Below, in pieces: positions 20,401 to 29,048 of a stretch of 64,000 nucleotides of DNA. Origin of the DNA: Clostridia bacterium (GTDB lineage: Bacteria; Bacillota; Clostridia; UBA1381); NCBI GenBank assembly GCA_017935675.1, contig JAGBHE010000026.1, positions 17,436 to 81,435 of the forward strand, in the 5' to 3' direction. The notes below the pieces were generated by a model. It was not told the origin of the DNA, did not search any database, and saw nothing but the letters and a program-made list of their open reading frames with translations. The first letter of the stretch is position 1. Every line of letters starts with the position of its first letter. The position numbers and the translations under genes were made by a program.

Positions 20401-20612
20401 ATATCAGTAAATATCTGAACAAGCAGGAAGCCGAAATAAGAGAGCTTACTTTCGCTGATAATGATTTAATCAGCGATTGGGCAAAGGAGTTTGTGGAATA
20501 TGCTGTATCGAACGGTCTGATGAACGGAAAGGATAACAACTGTTTTGATCCACTCGGCAATGCAACAAGGGCAGAGGCAGCAACGGTATTGTATAGACTT
20601 CTGGAAAAATAA
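14484..20612 (+). CDS. 2042-aa secreted, SLH-anchored multidomain protein with a heparinase II/III-like (putative polysaccharide lyase) core
   Basis: RBS AGGAGG then ATG 14484; signal peptide MKINVNRLLAWTLSICFMLSQNCLA. Repeated small Ig-like units (ITWTTSDSEIISNDGMVTRP.., IIWSSSNEDYIKTNGTVIRP.., ITWSSSNPEIINPHTGAVTRP.., ITWSTDNSDVITSSGQVIRP..). Two LamG-like modules, and a DNRLRE/CBM-like insert (YRVLLSFDLSDMDVND..WDEKTVCWGDL). Heparinase II/III signature GGHDHADDNGIVLSDHGKLLLVDSGKFTY..STRGHNTVVIND. Gly-rich linker and three C-terminal SLH repeats. Confidence 0.8.
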   Translation: MKINVNRLLAWTLSICFMLSQNCLAEEGTASLTAEILEKEDVLSDVIEGDIPVIDLEPSPSASDVAPSENAEPISDEISISMADNVMTAPIVTLSEQEAVEADLAAITEESILSVPLTDEGYLIDPLEIDQITSGANGSTITWTTSDSEIISNDGMVTRPAENTSVAVTATAKLGTTEASKTFEFCVAGQSTNIANMHADIFPMYFDDFSNTEKIDSRIKTSRFVSGDTMTVENGKLKFNRTQWSSSEATMAFYMDEAENTMNGTFIAQYTLKKHTGVVRMRMYNANWNYITQTAWEGNTLTIQYRDPSDLSKRRTISINAPTNQALKFTYLLNVNDSRPTFSMWINNRAVLTDVVSATDFSPAALKWIQFYNMQYENYNVGYYTVDNFGIYKLLPEMTDEERVKADINAITYSSLIKGTTPLDGTAYSDLDLSPYGNNGSRIIWSSSNEDYIKTNGTVIRPTDTNEEVTLKAKVISGAYSMEKEIVIKVLGEHIVLDDLPEPYDGYIINNTFDSPDMENKLVTNTAGGGTVEIKDGALVINKTDSGSAQVGASIYHGASDKDAVTGIIGIEFDVENPSGKTVQIRSMDPNGHLYYSMSGTPTSMSANYSNDPNKGGSFVSFPVNGGDITHFNMMFDTANSSYWLWVNGELKVSRKYSRDVGTTSLGYTMFYIENVNTIKIDNYKVYNALMPHALRLGFDITDFSEDILYSEPPSAKGVIKSNLNLPKQLKYYTNITWSSSNPEIINPHTGAVTRPVDTDSNPIVILTAHLENSGMEEERQFTFRVLRNFSDSGKIMQEEVNTLTYADITEQNPAEIKTSLNLSEKGFYGNAITWSTDNSDVITSSGQVIRPRFDEEDAKVTLTATVGGKYSKDFEFIVKADDAPVDPMYTSDEDFFGIWNGGSFVKTPQLDYSYEGLEKVEECAKRGDYRGAKNELLSYFRTRNIPSPLALGTRKNGWVDARADGIFELSEEAAYYKGVAMITSDDYEPVSISLYNPGNISKVKDKGFEILAAYNECTSAYIIGTDTENKKMVPELTLTVNGATRSYRATKAATIRAGRYISKHQEGNDVLTAKMFGDFLGDETYRVLLSFDLSDMDVNDTISDAQLTLYAKKSATYAANKKIYVMHDTYSGWDEKTVCWGDLNFVLHNYNGLEGGYDWKGAKSSDIEFAYQVSRFMHTRNTLTEYKYTGNERYAYSILSQIMDFICDTGNQMPYPRSLDTGLRMQQWVPLMNAVKDSPYLTADFCTAFMKYMYQNFKYFPTRVNATGNWREYEQLAVVYATSAYPELTNSKSTLDASIESWKNAFNTSFMTDGTYIEPTFGYHRSSFAMYRDFKKACVESRIELPEEMDERLLKAAYYMALSKGSGGVALQYGDEGAGVSGANAYTIVSDWYNDREFQFIDSMGAKGTEPNWTSYHFPEGRYTFMRSDWEKNALCLFTNVRGGEGGHDHADDNGIVLSDHGKLLLVDSGKFTYNNYDPARMYGMSTRGHNTVVINDTSQRNPWTTDINASRGPIHRWLTNSKFDFLSQSTQAYPEHEHMRSILFVKSGFAIVSDKIMPNEKTAVNNYKQYWHMLPNSNITADNEKRMIYSDFSDGQNILIASADEAEATLEDGYYESIGSSVVDVKVGYFEKTGAGDVTLDTILYSTDYESDSISAERIDTGKPTDKATAMKFTISEKTGTTTYCYLYNYDFENGGAVTFDKYSSDARIALVGENEKGEITELMIADGSYINQNGKTLIKTDKTITDISSEAIGSRLELVTSDENIRPEDILVKGTSVTKSILFNKEAKVYTVSDGLLHPGSAAAEEKLESDNNSDGIGERPGFGNIGGGAGGGPGGSSGGSPGGGFGGNSGSNSDDNSGSTVESVFKDMDNHWAKEYVESLYKKGMVNGTEEGYFSPDRSIFRSEFVTMVMRCIGEKRSGETSGFEDVNADDWFAESVAAAVELGIISEDRLFRPQSSITREEMSKILCNISKYLNKQEAEIRELTFADNDLISDWAKEFVEYAVSNGLMNGKDNNCFDPLGNATRAEAATVLYRLLEK

Positions 20613-20651
20613 ACAGAGTTAATATAATATAATTTTAAGGAGGATTTTTTT

Positions 20652-22844
20652 ATGAAAAAACAATTTGGCATGGTTGCAGCAATATCAATGTTAGCAGGAT
20701 GTATGATTCCGGGCACGGTTGTATTTGCCGCAACAGACACGGTACAGGCGGATGCTGACGCACTTACAGTGGAGGATATTCTGACTGTACCTATTGGCAG
20801 TAACGGATATCTTATTGATAATCTTGACCTTGACATAGTTACAAAGGGTGAGATTAACGAAAGCCCGATTACATGGAGCAGCAGTAATGCAGACGTAATC
20901 AGTACGGCAGGTATAATTACACGTCCGACAGAAACAACTGATGTTACGCTTACTGCAACAATTGGCACGGATTCCGATACTGTAACAAAGGATTTTAATT
21001 TTACAGTTCCGGCTAAGGGTGTTTCGGTAAATGGTATGCCTGTAGTGGGTGATAAGATTTATGAGGACACCTTCAGCGACGGTGAAATAAGTGACAAAAT
21101 TATACTTTTAGGAAAAGCTGATAATGATATTCTTGAGGAGAAGGAAGGAAAATTTTTAATAGATACAAAAACTTGGGGCAGCGGCAAAGAGCCGGGAATA
21201 AAAATCGTGGCACAGTCGAATGAGAATTGTGTTTATGAATACACCATGGACCTTGGCATAGGCGTGAGCGGTGAAGCCTGTCATTATGTCAGAAACTGTA
21301 TTGACTATTATTCAGTAGACGGTCATCCGAACTGGAAAAATGAAACTCCGTACTATCTGGAATGGAGTGGTGCGTCAGACCCCGATAAGAAAAATAATCC
21401 GATTACACTAAAAGGTGTAAGTGAAAAATACTATAAGGTTTCAGGTGGTAAGCTTAAGGTAACAGTTTATTTCGACTTCGCAAACAAACAGTATTCAATG
21501 TGGCTCAACAATGAGATTGCTTTTGAAAACATACCATTTAGATCAGGTAGTTACGGTCAGGCAAAAATGGTTGAAGCTTTAAAGATATTCACGGTAACTG
21601 CCGGAAGTTTTAACGGAAGGGGACCTATCTATGTGGATAACTTCAAGGCATATAAGGCTTCAAAATCAGACCTGTTTGTTGACGCTGAGGGTATTGAGAA
21701 TGATATACTCACAGGTGAGACAGTAACAAATGCTGACGGAACAAAATATCTTATGGACAATCTTTCATTTGAAAAAACTGAAGGCTCAAACGGTTCAACA
21801 ATTTCGTATGAGGTAAGCAACCCGTCAGTTATAGATGAAAATGGTGTTGTTACAAGAGATGTTGTTGACAGAGCTGTAACCGTAACCGCAACGGTAAAAG
21901 ATGCGACAGGCAGTGAGCTTGTAAAGACATTTGATTATATTGTTCCCGGTAAATATCACGCTGTAAGTGTCGGCGATCTTCCGGCAAAGGGTGAAAATCT
22001 GACGGCCGGAACAGTAACTAAGAAGGGTGACACATACATTACCGAATGGAGTGCAGAGGGTGATAGGATTTCATTTACATCTGAAGAGGGTAAGGGTGAA
22101 CCGGGATTTAATTATAAATACAGCAGCCCTCTTACAGGAAAGTTTATACAAAGGGTATCATTTAAATCAACCAGTGACGGACTTAGATTACGTATATCCG
22201 ACAGCAAGTATAATAGATTCCTGACAATTTATAAATCCAAAAATGAATTAGGGCTGGAGGTCGATGGTTACAAAAATAAGTATACAATTAACGGCAGTGA
22301 GGTGCAGGAGCTTGATTTGCTGTTTGATTTTACAGGAGAAACCCCATCGATTACTCCATATTTAAATGGTACAATGCAGGGAGATTCTATAACTGTAAAT
22401 GTACCTAATAGAAATTTAATGTATATTGCAACTGAGCATATGTGTGGTACTACTATGATGGGTTACCAATGGGGTCCCGGTACGACCGAAATTTACAGCC
22501 TTGCTGCAAATAAAGTGATTGATGCAAGCTCTTATCCTGAATTTATGAAGGGCGATGCAGTATTCAGCAATGCAGGAACTCCTGTAAAAGGCAGCAATAA
22601 GGTTACTGTTCCCATTATCAAGACAACAGCGGGTGAGCAGACAGCGATGGTGTTCTATGCAATATATAGTGCTGACGGAACTCTTAAGGGGGTGTCTTTA
22701 GAGCCGGTAACATTAAGCAATGCTTCTCATCAGGAATATGAAGTAGAAATAATCCTGGATTCTGTATCAGGCGGCGAAACTCATAAGGTATTTATCTGGA
22801 ATGGAGATATAGTACCGCTTTCAGCAGAGCCGTTTCCTGCATAA
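20652..22844 (+). CDS. 730-aa secreted protein of unknown function (Ig-like units, two LamG-like modules, conserved C-terminal tail module)
   Basis: Signal peptide MKKQFGMVAAISMLAGCMIPGTVVFA. Units ITWSSSNADVISTAGIITRP and ISYEVSNPSVIDENGVVTRD. The modules end in YVDNFKAYK and TTEIYSLAANK. The tail reads ..AMVFYAIYSADGTLKGV..HKVFIWNGDIVPL. Confidence 0.7.
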   Translation: MKKQFGMVAAISMLAGCMIPGTVVFAATDTVQADADALTVEDILTVPIGSNGYLIDNLDLDIVTKGEINESPITWSSSNADVISTAGIITRPTETTDVTLTATIGTDSDTVTKDFNFTVPAKGVSVNGMPVVGDKIYEDTFSDGEISDKIILLGKADNDILEEKEGKFLIDTKTWGSGKEPGIKIVAQSNENCVYEYTMDLGIGVSGEACHYVRNCIDYYSVDGHPNWKNETPYYLEWSGASDPDKKNNPITLKGVSEKYYKVSGGKLKVTVYFDFANKQYSMWLNNEIAFENIPFRSGSYGQAKMVEALKIFTVTAGSFNGRGPIYVDNFKAYKASKSDLFVDAEGIENDILTGETVTNADGTKYLMDNLSFEKTEGSNGSTISYEVSNPSVIDENGVVTRDVVDRAVTVTATVKDATGSELVKTFDYIVPGKYHAVSVGDLPAKGENLTAGTVTKKGDTYITEWSAEGDRISFTSEEGKGEPGFNYKYSSPLTGKFIQRVSFKSTSDGLRLRISDSKYNRFLTIYKSKNELGLEVDGYKNKYTINGSEVQELDLLFDFTGETPSITPYLNGTMQGDSITVNVPNRNLMYIATEHMCGTTMMGYQWGPGTTEIYSLAANKVIDASSYPEFMKGDAVFSNAGTPVKGSNKVTVPIIKTTAGEQTAMVFYAIYSADGTLKGVSLEPVTLSNASHQEYEVEIILDSVSGGETHKVFIWNGDIVPLSAEPFPA

Positions 22845-22972
22845 TAAAAAGCATGGTATTTAATTAAGCAGTATGCCTGAAAACAAAGCATAGAGTTTCG
22901 GGAGGAGCAGACTCTCTCATCCTTCCGAAGCAATGCTTCGTATATAAAACGACAATAATAAGGAGATGCAAA

Positions 22973-24745
22973 ATGATAAAGGAAAGAGTGTTTGATATCA
23001 CCGGATTTTCGTTTGAAGGAAAAATAGATGAAATTTCTTTTGACGGAGTATATGTTCACCGCAGCGGCAGCGAGGCGGTTATCGGTTATAATACAAAGGC
23101 TCAGAAAGCGCGCTGCTTCTTTATGCTTTCAAAACTTTGCTCGGAGGGAAAGGAAAGCTTTGAAATAAAAGAGAGACCGGTGTTTGATTTGTGCGGTCCT
23201 ATGCTGGATTTGTCCCGCGGCGGCGTAATGAGAAAGGACGCGGTTAAACGCTATATCGACAGAACAGCCGCTCTCGGTTTTAATATGCTTATGCTGTATA
23301 CTGAGGATATATACGAGATGAAGGAATATCCCATGTTCGGTTATCTTCGCGGACGGTACAGCGAGGCTGATTTAAAGGAAATGGACGATTATGCTTTTGA
23401 AATGGGTGTTGAGCTGATACCGTGTATTCAGACTTTAGGTCATCTTGCAAATTATATAAAATGGGGCGAAGCTGCTGAATTTGCGGAAAATTCCTCGGTG
23501 CTTTTGGTTGATGAGGAAAAAACATATAAATTTATTGAAACAGAAATTAAAACTATGAGAAAATGCCTTCGTTCAAACAAAATACATATTGGTATGGATG
23601 AGGCAGTCGGACTCGGATGTGGAAAATATCTTGAAAAGCACGGAATACATAACAAACTGGATATTTTTAACAGACATCTAAAAAGGGTGCTTGATATTAC
23701 AAAAAAATATAATTATTCTCCGATGATATGGGGAGATATGTATTTTTCGGAAATAAACGGCAATTATTACTACGAACCGGACGCCGTTATTCCGGACAAG
23801 GCAATAGCGGATGCACCGGAAGAGCCTGAACTGGTATTCTGGGATTATTATCATACATATTATGATTATTACGATACAAAACTTGCGCAGTATGCGCGTT
23901 TCCCGAATACTTCGTCTTTTGCCGGCGGCGTGTGGACAATGGCTGGTTTTGCGCCTAATTTCAGATATACTTATGATTCTATGATACCTGCCCTGCAGTG
24001 CTGTGTTGACAGAGGTGTAAAAACCGTCATTGCAACAATGTGGGCGGACGGTGGCTGTGAAACAGACTTTTTTGACGCATTTGACGGTCTGGCTGTTTTT
24101 TCGGAATATTGCTATAAAGGTAAGGAATGTACGGAGGAGGATATTTATTCCGTTGCCGCACATATTACAAATTCGGGAGCAGATTTTATTGACGCTGTTG
24201 CATCCTTCCATTTTGGTCTGAAAGGTCCGGAGGGACTGGGAAAAGGACTTGTGTACTGCGACCCGATTATTAATCTTCTTTGCTATGATTTTGACTATGA
24301 CAGGGTGGCGGAGGTTTGTGAAAAAGCAATTAATACTTTTGACAAGTACCGCAGTCATCCGCGTTATACTTATTATAATTCATTATTTAATATAATTTTG
24401 AAAAAGGCTGAGCTTCTGGATAGACTGCAAAAGGAATACAAGGCAGATAATAGGGAATATTTGAACGAAACTGCTGAAAAAGCAATTCCCGAGCTGCAAA
24501 AACTCTATAAGCAGTTCTATGCTGCATTCAGTGAAAATTGGCTGGCTGTAAACAAGCCGTTTGGCTATGAAGTGTTTGCACAGCGTTTCGGCGGAATAGA
24601 GTTTAGACTTGTATATACGCAGGAGCAGCTTCGAAAATACTGTGCCGGAGAAATTGAAAGGATTGAGGAGCTTGATGAAGAAATTATTACAGGGCTTAAC
24701 AAACCATGGCGATATGCTAATAGCTATATGAACACCAACGGATGA
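22973..24745 (+). CDS. GH20-like glycoside hydrolase (putative beta-N-acetylhexosaminidase), cytoplasmic
   Basis: GFNMLMLYTEDIYEMKEYPMFGYLRGRYS, LIPCIQTLGHL and IHIGMDEA (the D-E pair position of GH20 HxGGDE). No signal peptide. Confidence 0.6.
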   Translation: MIKERVFDITGFSFEGKIDEISFDGVYVHRSGSEAVIGYNTKAQKARCFFMLSKLCSEGKESFEIKERPVFDLCGPMLDLSRGGVMRKDAVKRYIDRTAALGFNMLMLYTEDIYEMKEYPMFGYLRGRYSEADLKEMDDYAFEMGVELIPCIQTLGHLANYIKWGEAAEFAENSSVLLVDEEKTYKFIETEIKTMRKCLRSNKIHIGMDEAVGLGCGKYLEKHGIHNKLDIFNRHLKRVLDITKKYNYSPMIWGDMYFSEINGNYYYEPDAVIPDKAIADAPEEPELVFWDYYHTYYDYYDTKLAQYARFPNTSSFAGGVWTMAGFAPNFRYTYDSMIPALQCCVDRGVKTVIATMWADGGCETDFFDAFDGLAVFSEYCYKGKECTEEDIYSVAAHITNSGADFIDAVASFHFGLKGPEGLGKGLVYCDPIINLLCYDFDYDRVAEVCEKAINTFDKYRSHPRYTYYNSLFNIILKKAELLDRLQKEYKADNREYLNETAEKAIPELQKLYKQFYAAFSENWLAVNKPFGYEVFAQRFGGIEFRLVYTQEQLRKYCAGEIERIEELDEEIITGLNKPWRYANSYMNTNG

Positions 24746-24782
24746 TTTTTTTGCACAGTATTGCTTGAAAGGAGTTAATATA

Positions 24783-27413
24783 ATGAAAAGATTTTTAAGC
24801 ATAGCCTTGTGTATCTGTTTCATATTATCTGCCGTACCGGCAGCACTGGCACAGACAGATTATACAGAAGAGATTACGAGGGTTTGCAGTCTCGGTATCA
24901 TGGGTAACGTGGAGGATGGAGACTTTAGAGCAGATGATAAAATTACAAGAGCGGAATTTACGGCTGTAATATGCAGAATGTTTTCCTATGACAATATAGG
25001 AGGACAGGACACTGTATTTACAGATGTTCCTTCTTCGCACTGGGCAAGCGGATTTATTTCCTTTGCACATAATATAGGATGGATTAACGGTGTCGGAAAC
25101 GGACTTTTTCTGCCTGAAGCAGAAATTACTTATGGCGAGGCAGTAAAAATATTGGTATGCGTGCTGAACTATGACTTCGGACCGGGTGAGATAACATTTC
25201 CCGGAGGATATATAAGCATTGCGGGTTCAATAGGAATACGTAAGAATGCCGTAGACAGCTCGGAGGCAATTACAAGAGCTCAGACAGCAGGGATTATTGA
25301 CAACGCACTGGATATATATCCTATGGAGTGGAATAGCGACGGAGACCTGGTAAAGAGTGACAAAACACTCTTTGAAACCATATCAGACCGAAAGGAACTT
25401 GGTCATTACAGCGGAATTCTTACTTCAACGGGTAATTACAGCATTATCAATAAAAAAAGTGTAGACAGGGCTGTTACTGTAGATGATATACAGTTTTATA
25501 CAGATAAGAATTATGATGAATATCTTGGACAATATGTAGATGCTTATTATAATACGGATAGTTATGAAATTGTTGAAATAAGTCCTGTGCAAAGGCGGAA
25601 TATTGTTGTTGAAATTCCGGCAGAGGATACAGAGGTACATACAACCGGTATTGACTATTATGGTGGTGGTCCACGAAAAAAGACTATAAAAATCAATTCG
25701 GAAACAATTTTCCTTCTTAACGGCGATATAGTGCAGCCATCAGAGATTGGCTCGGTATATCACGGAAAGTTCAAGGCAGTTGAGAATAATCGTGACAGCA
25801 TTTATGATGTTATTTTGATTACAAAAGCTGAAAGCTTTATCGTAGAAAGCGTATCAGCAGAAAATATGGCTGTTTATTTTAAGGACGAAAAGACATATCA
25901 TGGACGAAAGGGTTTTGTTTTTAAGTTTGACGATGCGGACAAAACATATAATATCACTGATAAGAACGGCGAAAGTCGGGAATTTTCGGATATTGAGCCG
26001 GGATGCAGTATTTCGTTTGTGGGAAACAGCGATGAAAGCGTTGTAACCGCATATGTAAATAATGAAAAATGTTCGGGAAAAATTGAGGGTATCAGTCCGA
26101 GCGAAGGCGAAGTGGTAATTAACGGTAAAACTTATCAGATGGGTAAGGATGCAGACGGAAATGATACATTTAATCCTTCTAACATAATTGAGGGTGAATT
26201 TGTTATTGATGCATTTGGGTACATTATAGGAGCATGGGAAAAACAAAATACCAAATTTGCCTACGCGTATGTTGAAAATGCGTATATAGACGAATCGGGA
26301 ACAGAGATGATCATAAGACTGGTTAAGGGAACAGAGCCGGTCGAAGAAGTGAAAACTATTAATAATAACAGGATTGTGTCATATTATCTGCAAAATTCAG
26401 CCATAGAAACATTCAAGCTTGCAGATAAAGTGATTTACGGCAATAATCCAATAAACGCAAAGGGAAGCAAGATTTCATCTGCCGTACTTGATCCGGCAGG
26501 GCTTAAGAACAGTATTGTAGGCTATACATTGGACAATGACGGAAAAATTAACAAGCTCAATGTTTATAGCGTACCGACTAATCTTCCGAGTTATGAATTT
26601 AATGCAGATATTTTCTCTTTCGGCGGAATGCGTGTAAGCAGAGGCTTTATAAAGGATGAGCATACAATGATGGTCTGCGTACCGAATGCAGTGCGTTCAA
26701 GAGAGGATTATAATGTTAATGTCAAGATAACGGATGACAGCTCATATTCGGTATACGGAATTTTGGGAGTAAGTGAAAACGAGTATGGAAGTGCAAAAGC
26801 AAATGCAGAACCCTGCGATATAATTATTCTCAAGTCAGACATGGACTCTACGCTTCCTTCAAATATATCATCAGACAGCGATATATGTATAGTAGGAAAA
26901 TCTGTTATTTCCTTAAATGAGGACAATGAACTCAGATATGAGTTAGATATATTGAACGGCAGTGCAAAGAAAACCTATTATGCACCCGAAGGCAGCGTTG
27001 CATATGCAGACGCCGCTAAACTGAGAAAGGGCGACTTAATTCAATTTACCGCAAATTCAAAGAACGAATTTACCGGTATAAAAAAGAGAGCGTCAGTTCA
27101 GGGCTTGAAGGAGTATACCGGTATTGACAATGTTTACGGTGAGGTTACGGAGGTAACATATAACACATATGATTATTTCAGCAATGAAATGGTAGATATG
27201 CTCAGCGTGAACACCGGTGACGGTGTAACGGATATAAGAATCTACAAGGATGACGGACAGAAGGTTTATCTTTATGACAGAAAGTCGGGATATATATATC
27301 CGTCATCAACAGCGGATTTGTTATCTTCAGACTATTTCGGAGATGAGGCAAGCAAGGTGTTTGCTCTTATGCAGGATGGTGATGCAGAAGCCATTGTTGT
27401 TATATGGGATTAA
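24783..27413 (+). CDS. 876-aa secreted protein with N-terminal SLH repeats and a long uncharacterised C-terminal region
   Basis: RBS AAGGAG then ATG 24783; signal peptide MKRFLSIALCICFILSAVPAALA. SLH repeats ..GDFRADDKITRAEFTAVICRMF and FTDVPSSHWASGFISFAHNIGWINGVGNGLFLPEAEITYGEAVKIL. Collinear distant paralogue of 44176-46854. Confidence 0.75.
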   Translation: MKRFLSIALCICFILSAVPAALAQTDYTEEITRVCSLGIMGNVEDGDFRADDKITRAEFTAVICRMFSYDNIGGQDTVFTDVPSSHWASGFISFAHNIGWINGVGNGLFLPEAEITYGEAVKILVCVLNYDFGPGEITFPGGYISIAGSIGIRKNAVDSSEAITRAQTAGIIDNALDIYPMEWNSDGDLVKSDKTLFETISDRKELGHYSGILTSTGNYSIINKKSVDRAVTVDDIQFYTDKNYDEYLGQYVDAYYNTDSYEIVEISPVQRRNIVVEIPAEDTEVHTTGIDYYGGGPRKKTIKINSETIFLLNGDIVQPSEIGSVYHGKFKAVENNRDSIYDVILITKAESFIVESVSAENMAVYFKDEKTYHGRKGFVFKFDDADKTYNITDKNGESREFSDIEPGCSISFVGNSDESVVTAYVNNEKCSGKIEGISPSEGEVVINGKTYQMGKDADGNDTFNPSNIIEGEFVIDAFGYIIGAWEKQNTKFAYAYVENAYIDESGTEMIIRLVKGTEPVEEVKTINNNRIVSYYLQNSAIETFKLADKVIYGNNPINAKGSKISSAVLDPAGLKNSIVGYTLDNDGKINKLNVYSVPTNLPSYEFNADIFSFGGMRVSRGFIKDEHTMMVCVPNAVRSREDYNVNVKITDDSSYSVYGILGVSENEYGSAKANAEPCDIIILKSDMDSTLPSNISSDSDICIVGKSVISLNEDNELRYELDILNGSAKKTYYAPEGSVAYADAAKLRKGDLIQFTANSKNEFTGIKKRASVQGLKEYTGIDNVYGEVTEVTYNTYDYFSNEMVDMLSVNTGDGVTDIRIYKDDGQKVYLYDRKSGYIYPSSTADLLSSDYFGDEASKVFALMQDGDAEAIVVIWD

Positions 27414-27442
27414 AAAACAATTTGATATAAAGGAGAATGATT

Positions 27443-29032
27443 ATGAAAATAAGAAAAAGTTTAGCATTGATTATTGCATGTGCAGCGGCTGTATCAGTAG
27501 TAGGCGGCTGCTCGGGTAGCGAAAAAAATGTAGGAACAGGAGCTATCAGCAAGGTTACTACCACGGACGAATATCCAATTGAAAGCAATGAAAAAATAAC
27601 ATATTTCTGTAATATGAGTGATGTCGCTGAAAGTATGAATGAAACAGAATTCGGAAAGGCTCTGGTAGAGCAGACCGGTATACAAGTAGAATTTCAGCAC
27701 CCTACTGCCGGCAGCAGTTCCGACTCATTCAACCTGATGATTGCCAGCGGTGAATATCCCGATATAATTGAGAACAGCTGGGCAAATTTTGGTTTATCAA
27801 AGAGTATTTCAGATGGTGTTGCCATACCTCTTAACGAGGTGGTAGAAAAGGTATCGCCTAATTTTAAAAAGTTACTTGAAGAGCATTCCGAAATTAAAAG
27901 AGATATTACAACAAACGATGGGGATATAGCCATGTATCCTTTCTATAGAGGAGACGATTTGCTTTGTACATATGTTGGGGCAATGGTAAGAGAAGATATC
28001 CTTGATGAGCTTGGAATGGAGCTTCCGGAAACCATTGACGAATGGGAAGCAATGCTGCGTGCATTTAAGGGTAAGGTAGAGGTTCCGTGCTATGTTGATC
28101 TTACACCTTCAAAGATGAGAGGTGTTGATATGTTCCTCGGAGCATATAACGTAGATTCAGACCTTTATGTAGACAACGGAAAGGTGAAATTTGGTCCGTG
28201 TGAGGACGGCTTCCGTCAGTGGGTTGAAAAAATGATTGCATGGTATAATGAAGGACTTATTGAAAAAGATTTCGCAAATATAGATTCAAAGCGCGTTACC
28301 TCTCTTGTGGTAGGCGGTCAGATGGGCGCTGTAATGGGCTACTGCGGCAGTAATTTCGGTACATGGCTGCCAACATTAAAGGAAAAAAATCCGGAAGCGA
28401 AACTCGTACCGGTAAAATATCCCGTAATGAATAAAGGAGACCGTCCTCAGTTCGGACACAAAGAGCCGAGAGTTTTAGGAATTGGTGCAGTCATCAGTAC
28501 ACAATGTAAAAATCCGGAAATTGCTGCGCGTTTGCTTGATTTTGGCTATTCTGAAAAGGGACATATGCTCTATAATTTCGGAATTGAAGGCGAGTCCTAT
28601 AAAATGAAGGACAATGTTCCTACGTATACCTCGAAAATTCTAAATTCCGAAGAAGAACTTAGTCTTCCAATTTCCAAGGCACTTGAGCTGTATACAAGAG
28701 TATCAGCAAGCGCTCCGTTTGTGCAGGATAAAGGATATATTACGCAGTATTACCGCAATGAAACACAGCGTGAAGCTCTTAAAATTTGGTCAGACAATGC
28801 AGAGGAAGAGCATTATCTGCCGCTGGTGCAGTTTACAACGGAAGAAAATCAGAAGCAGTCTAAGATTATGAGCGACATACGTACATATGTTGACGAAGCA
28901 GTTTTGAAAATGATTATGGGAGTGACGCCGATATCTGAGTATGACTCATTTGTTTCTACAATAAAATCAATGGGAATAGATAAGGCTGTTGAAATTAATC
29001 AGAAGGCTTATGACAGGTATTTGTCCAAATAA
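27443..29032 (+). CDS. ABC transporter solute-binding lipoprotein (LplA-like)
   Basis: Lipobox VVGGCSGS, family-1 large sugar SBP, directly followed by two permease genes. ATG 27443 has better RBS spacing than 27437. Confidence 0.8.
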   Translation: MKIRKSLALIIACAAAVSVVGGCSGSEKNVGTGAISKVTTTDEYPIESNEKITYFCNMSDVAESMNETEFGKALVEQTGIQVEFQHPTAGSSSDSFNLMIASGEYPDIIENSWANFGLSKSISDGVAIPLNEVVEKVSPNFKKLLEEHSEIKRDITTNDGDIAMYPFYRGDDLLCTYVGAMVREDILDELGMELPETIDEWEAMLRAFKGKVEVPCYVDLTPSKMRGVDMFLGAYNVDSDLYVDNGKVKFGPCEDGFRQWVEKMIAWYNEGLIEKDFANIDSKRVTSLVVGGQMGAVMGYCGSNFGTWLPTLKEKNPEAKLVPVKYPVMNKGDRPQFGHKEPRVLGIGAVISTQCKNPEIAARLLDFGYSEKGHMLYNFGIEGESYKMKDNVPTYTSKILNSEEELSLPISKALELYTRVSASAPFVQDKGYITQYYRNETQREALKIWSDNAEEEHYLPLVQFTTEENQKQSKIMSDIRTYVDEAVLKMIMGVTPISEYDSFVSTIKSMGIDKAVEINQKAYDRYLSK

Positions 29033-29048
29033 TTGAAGAAGGTGTATT

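Noticed and set aside
20357-20968. 203-aa minus-strand ORF spanning the junction of the 14484 and 20652 genes
   Set aside because: It is antisense to two strongly supported + strand CDSs and to the RBS region between them. It has low-complexity composition and no homology signal that I recognise.
23678-24358. 226-aa minus-strand ORF inside the GH20-like gene; similar long antisense ORFs at 43129-43707, 13975-14514 and 60748-61161
   Set aside because: These are antisense ORFs inside well-supported genes. They lack recognisable motifs, and the sense-strand genes have clear family signatures.
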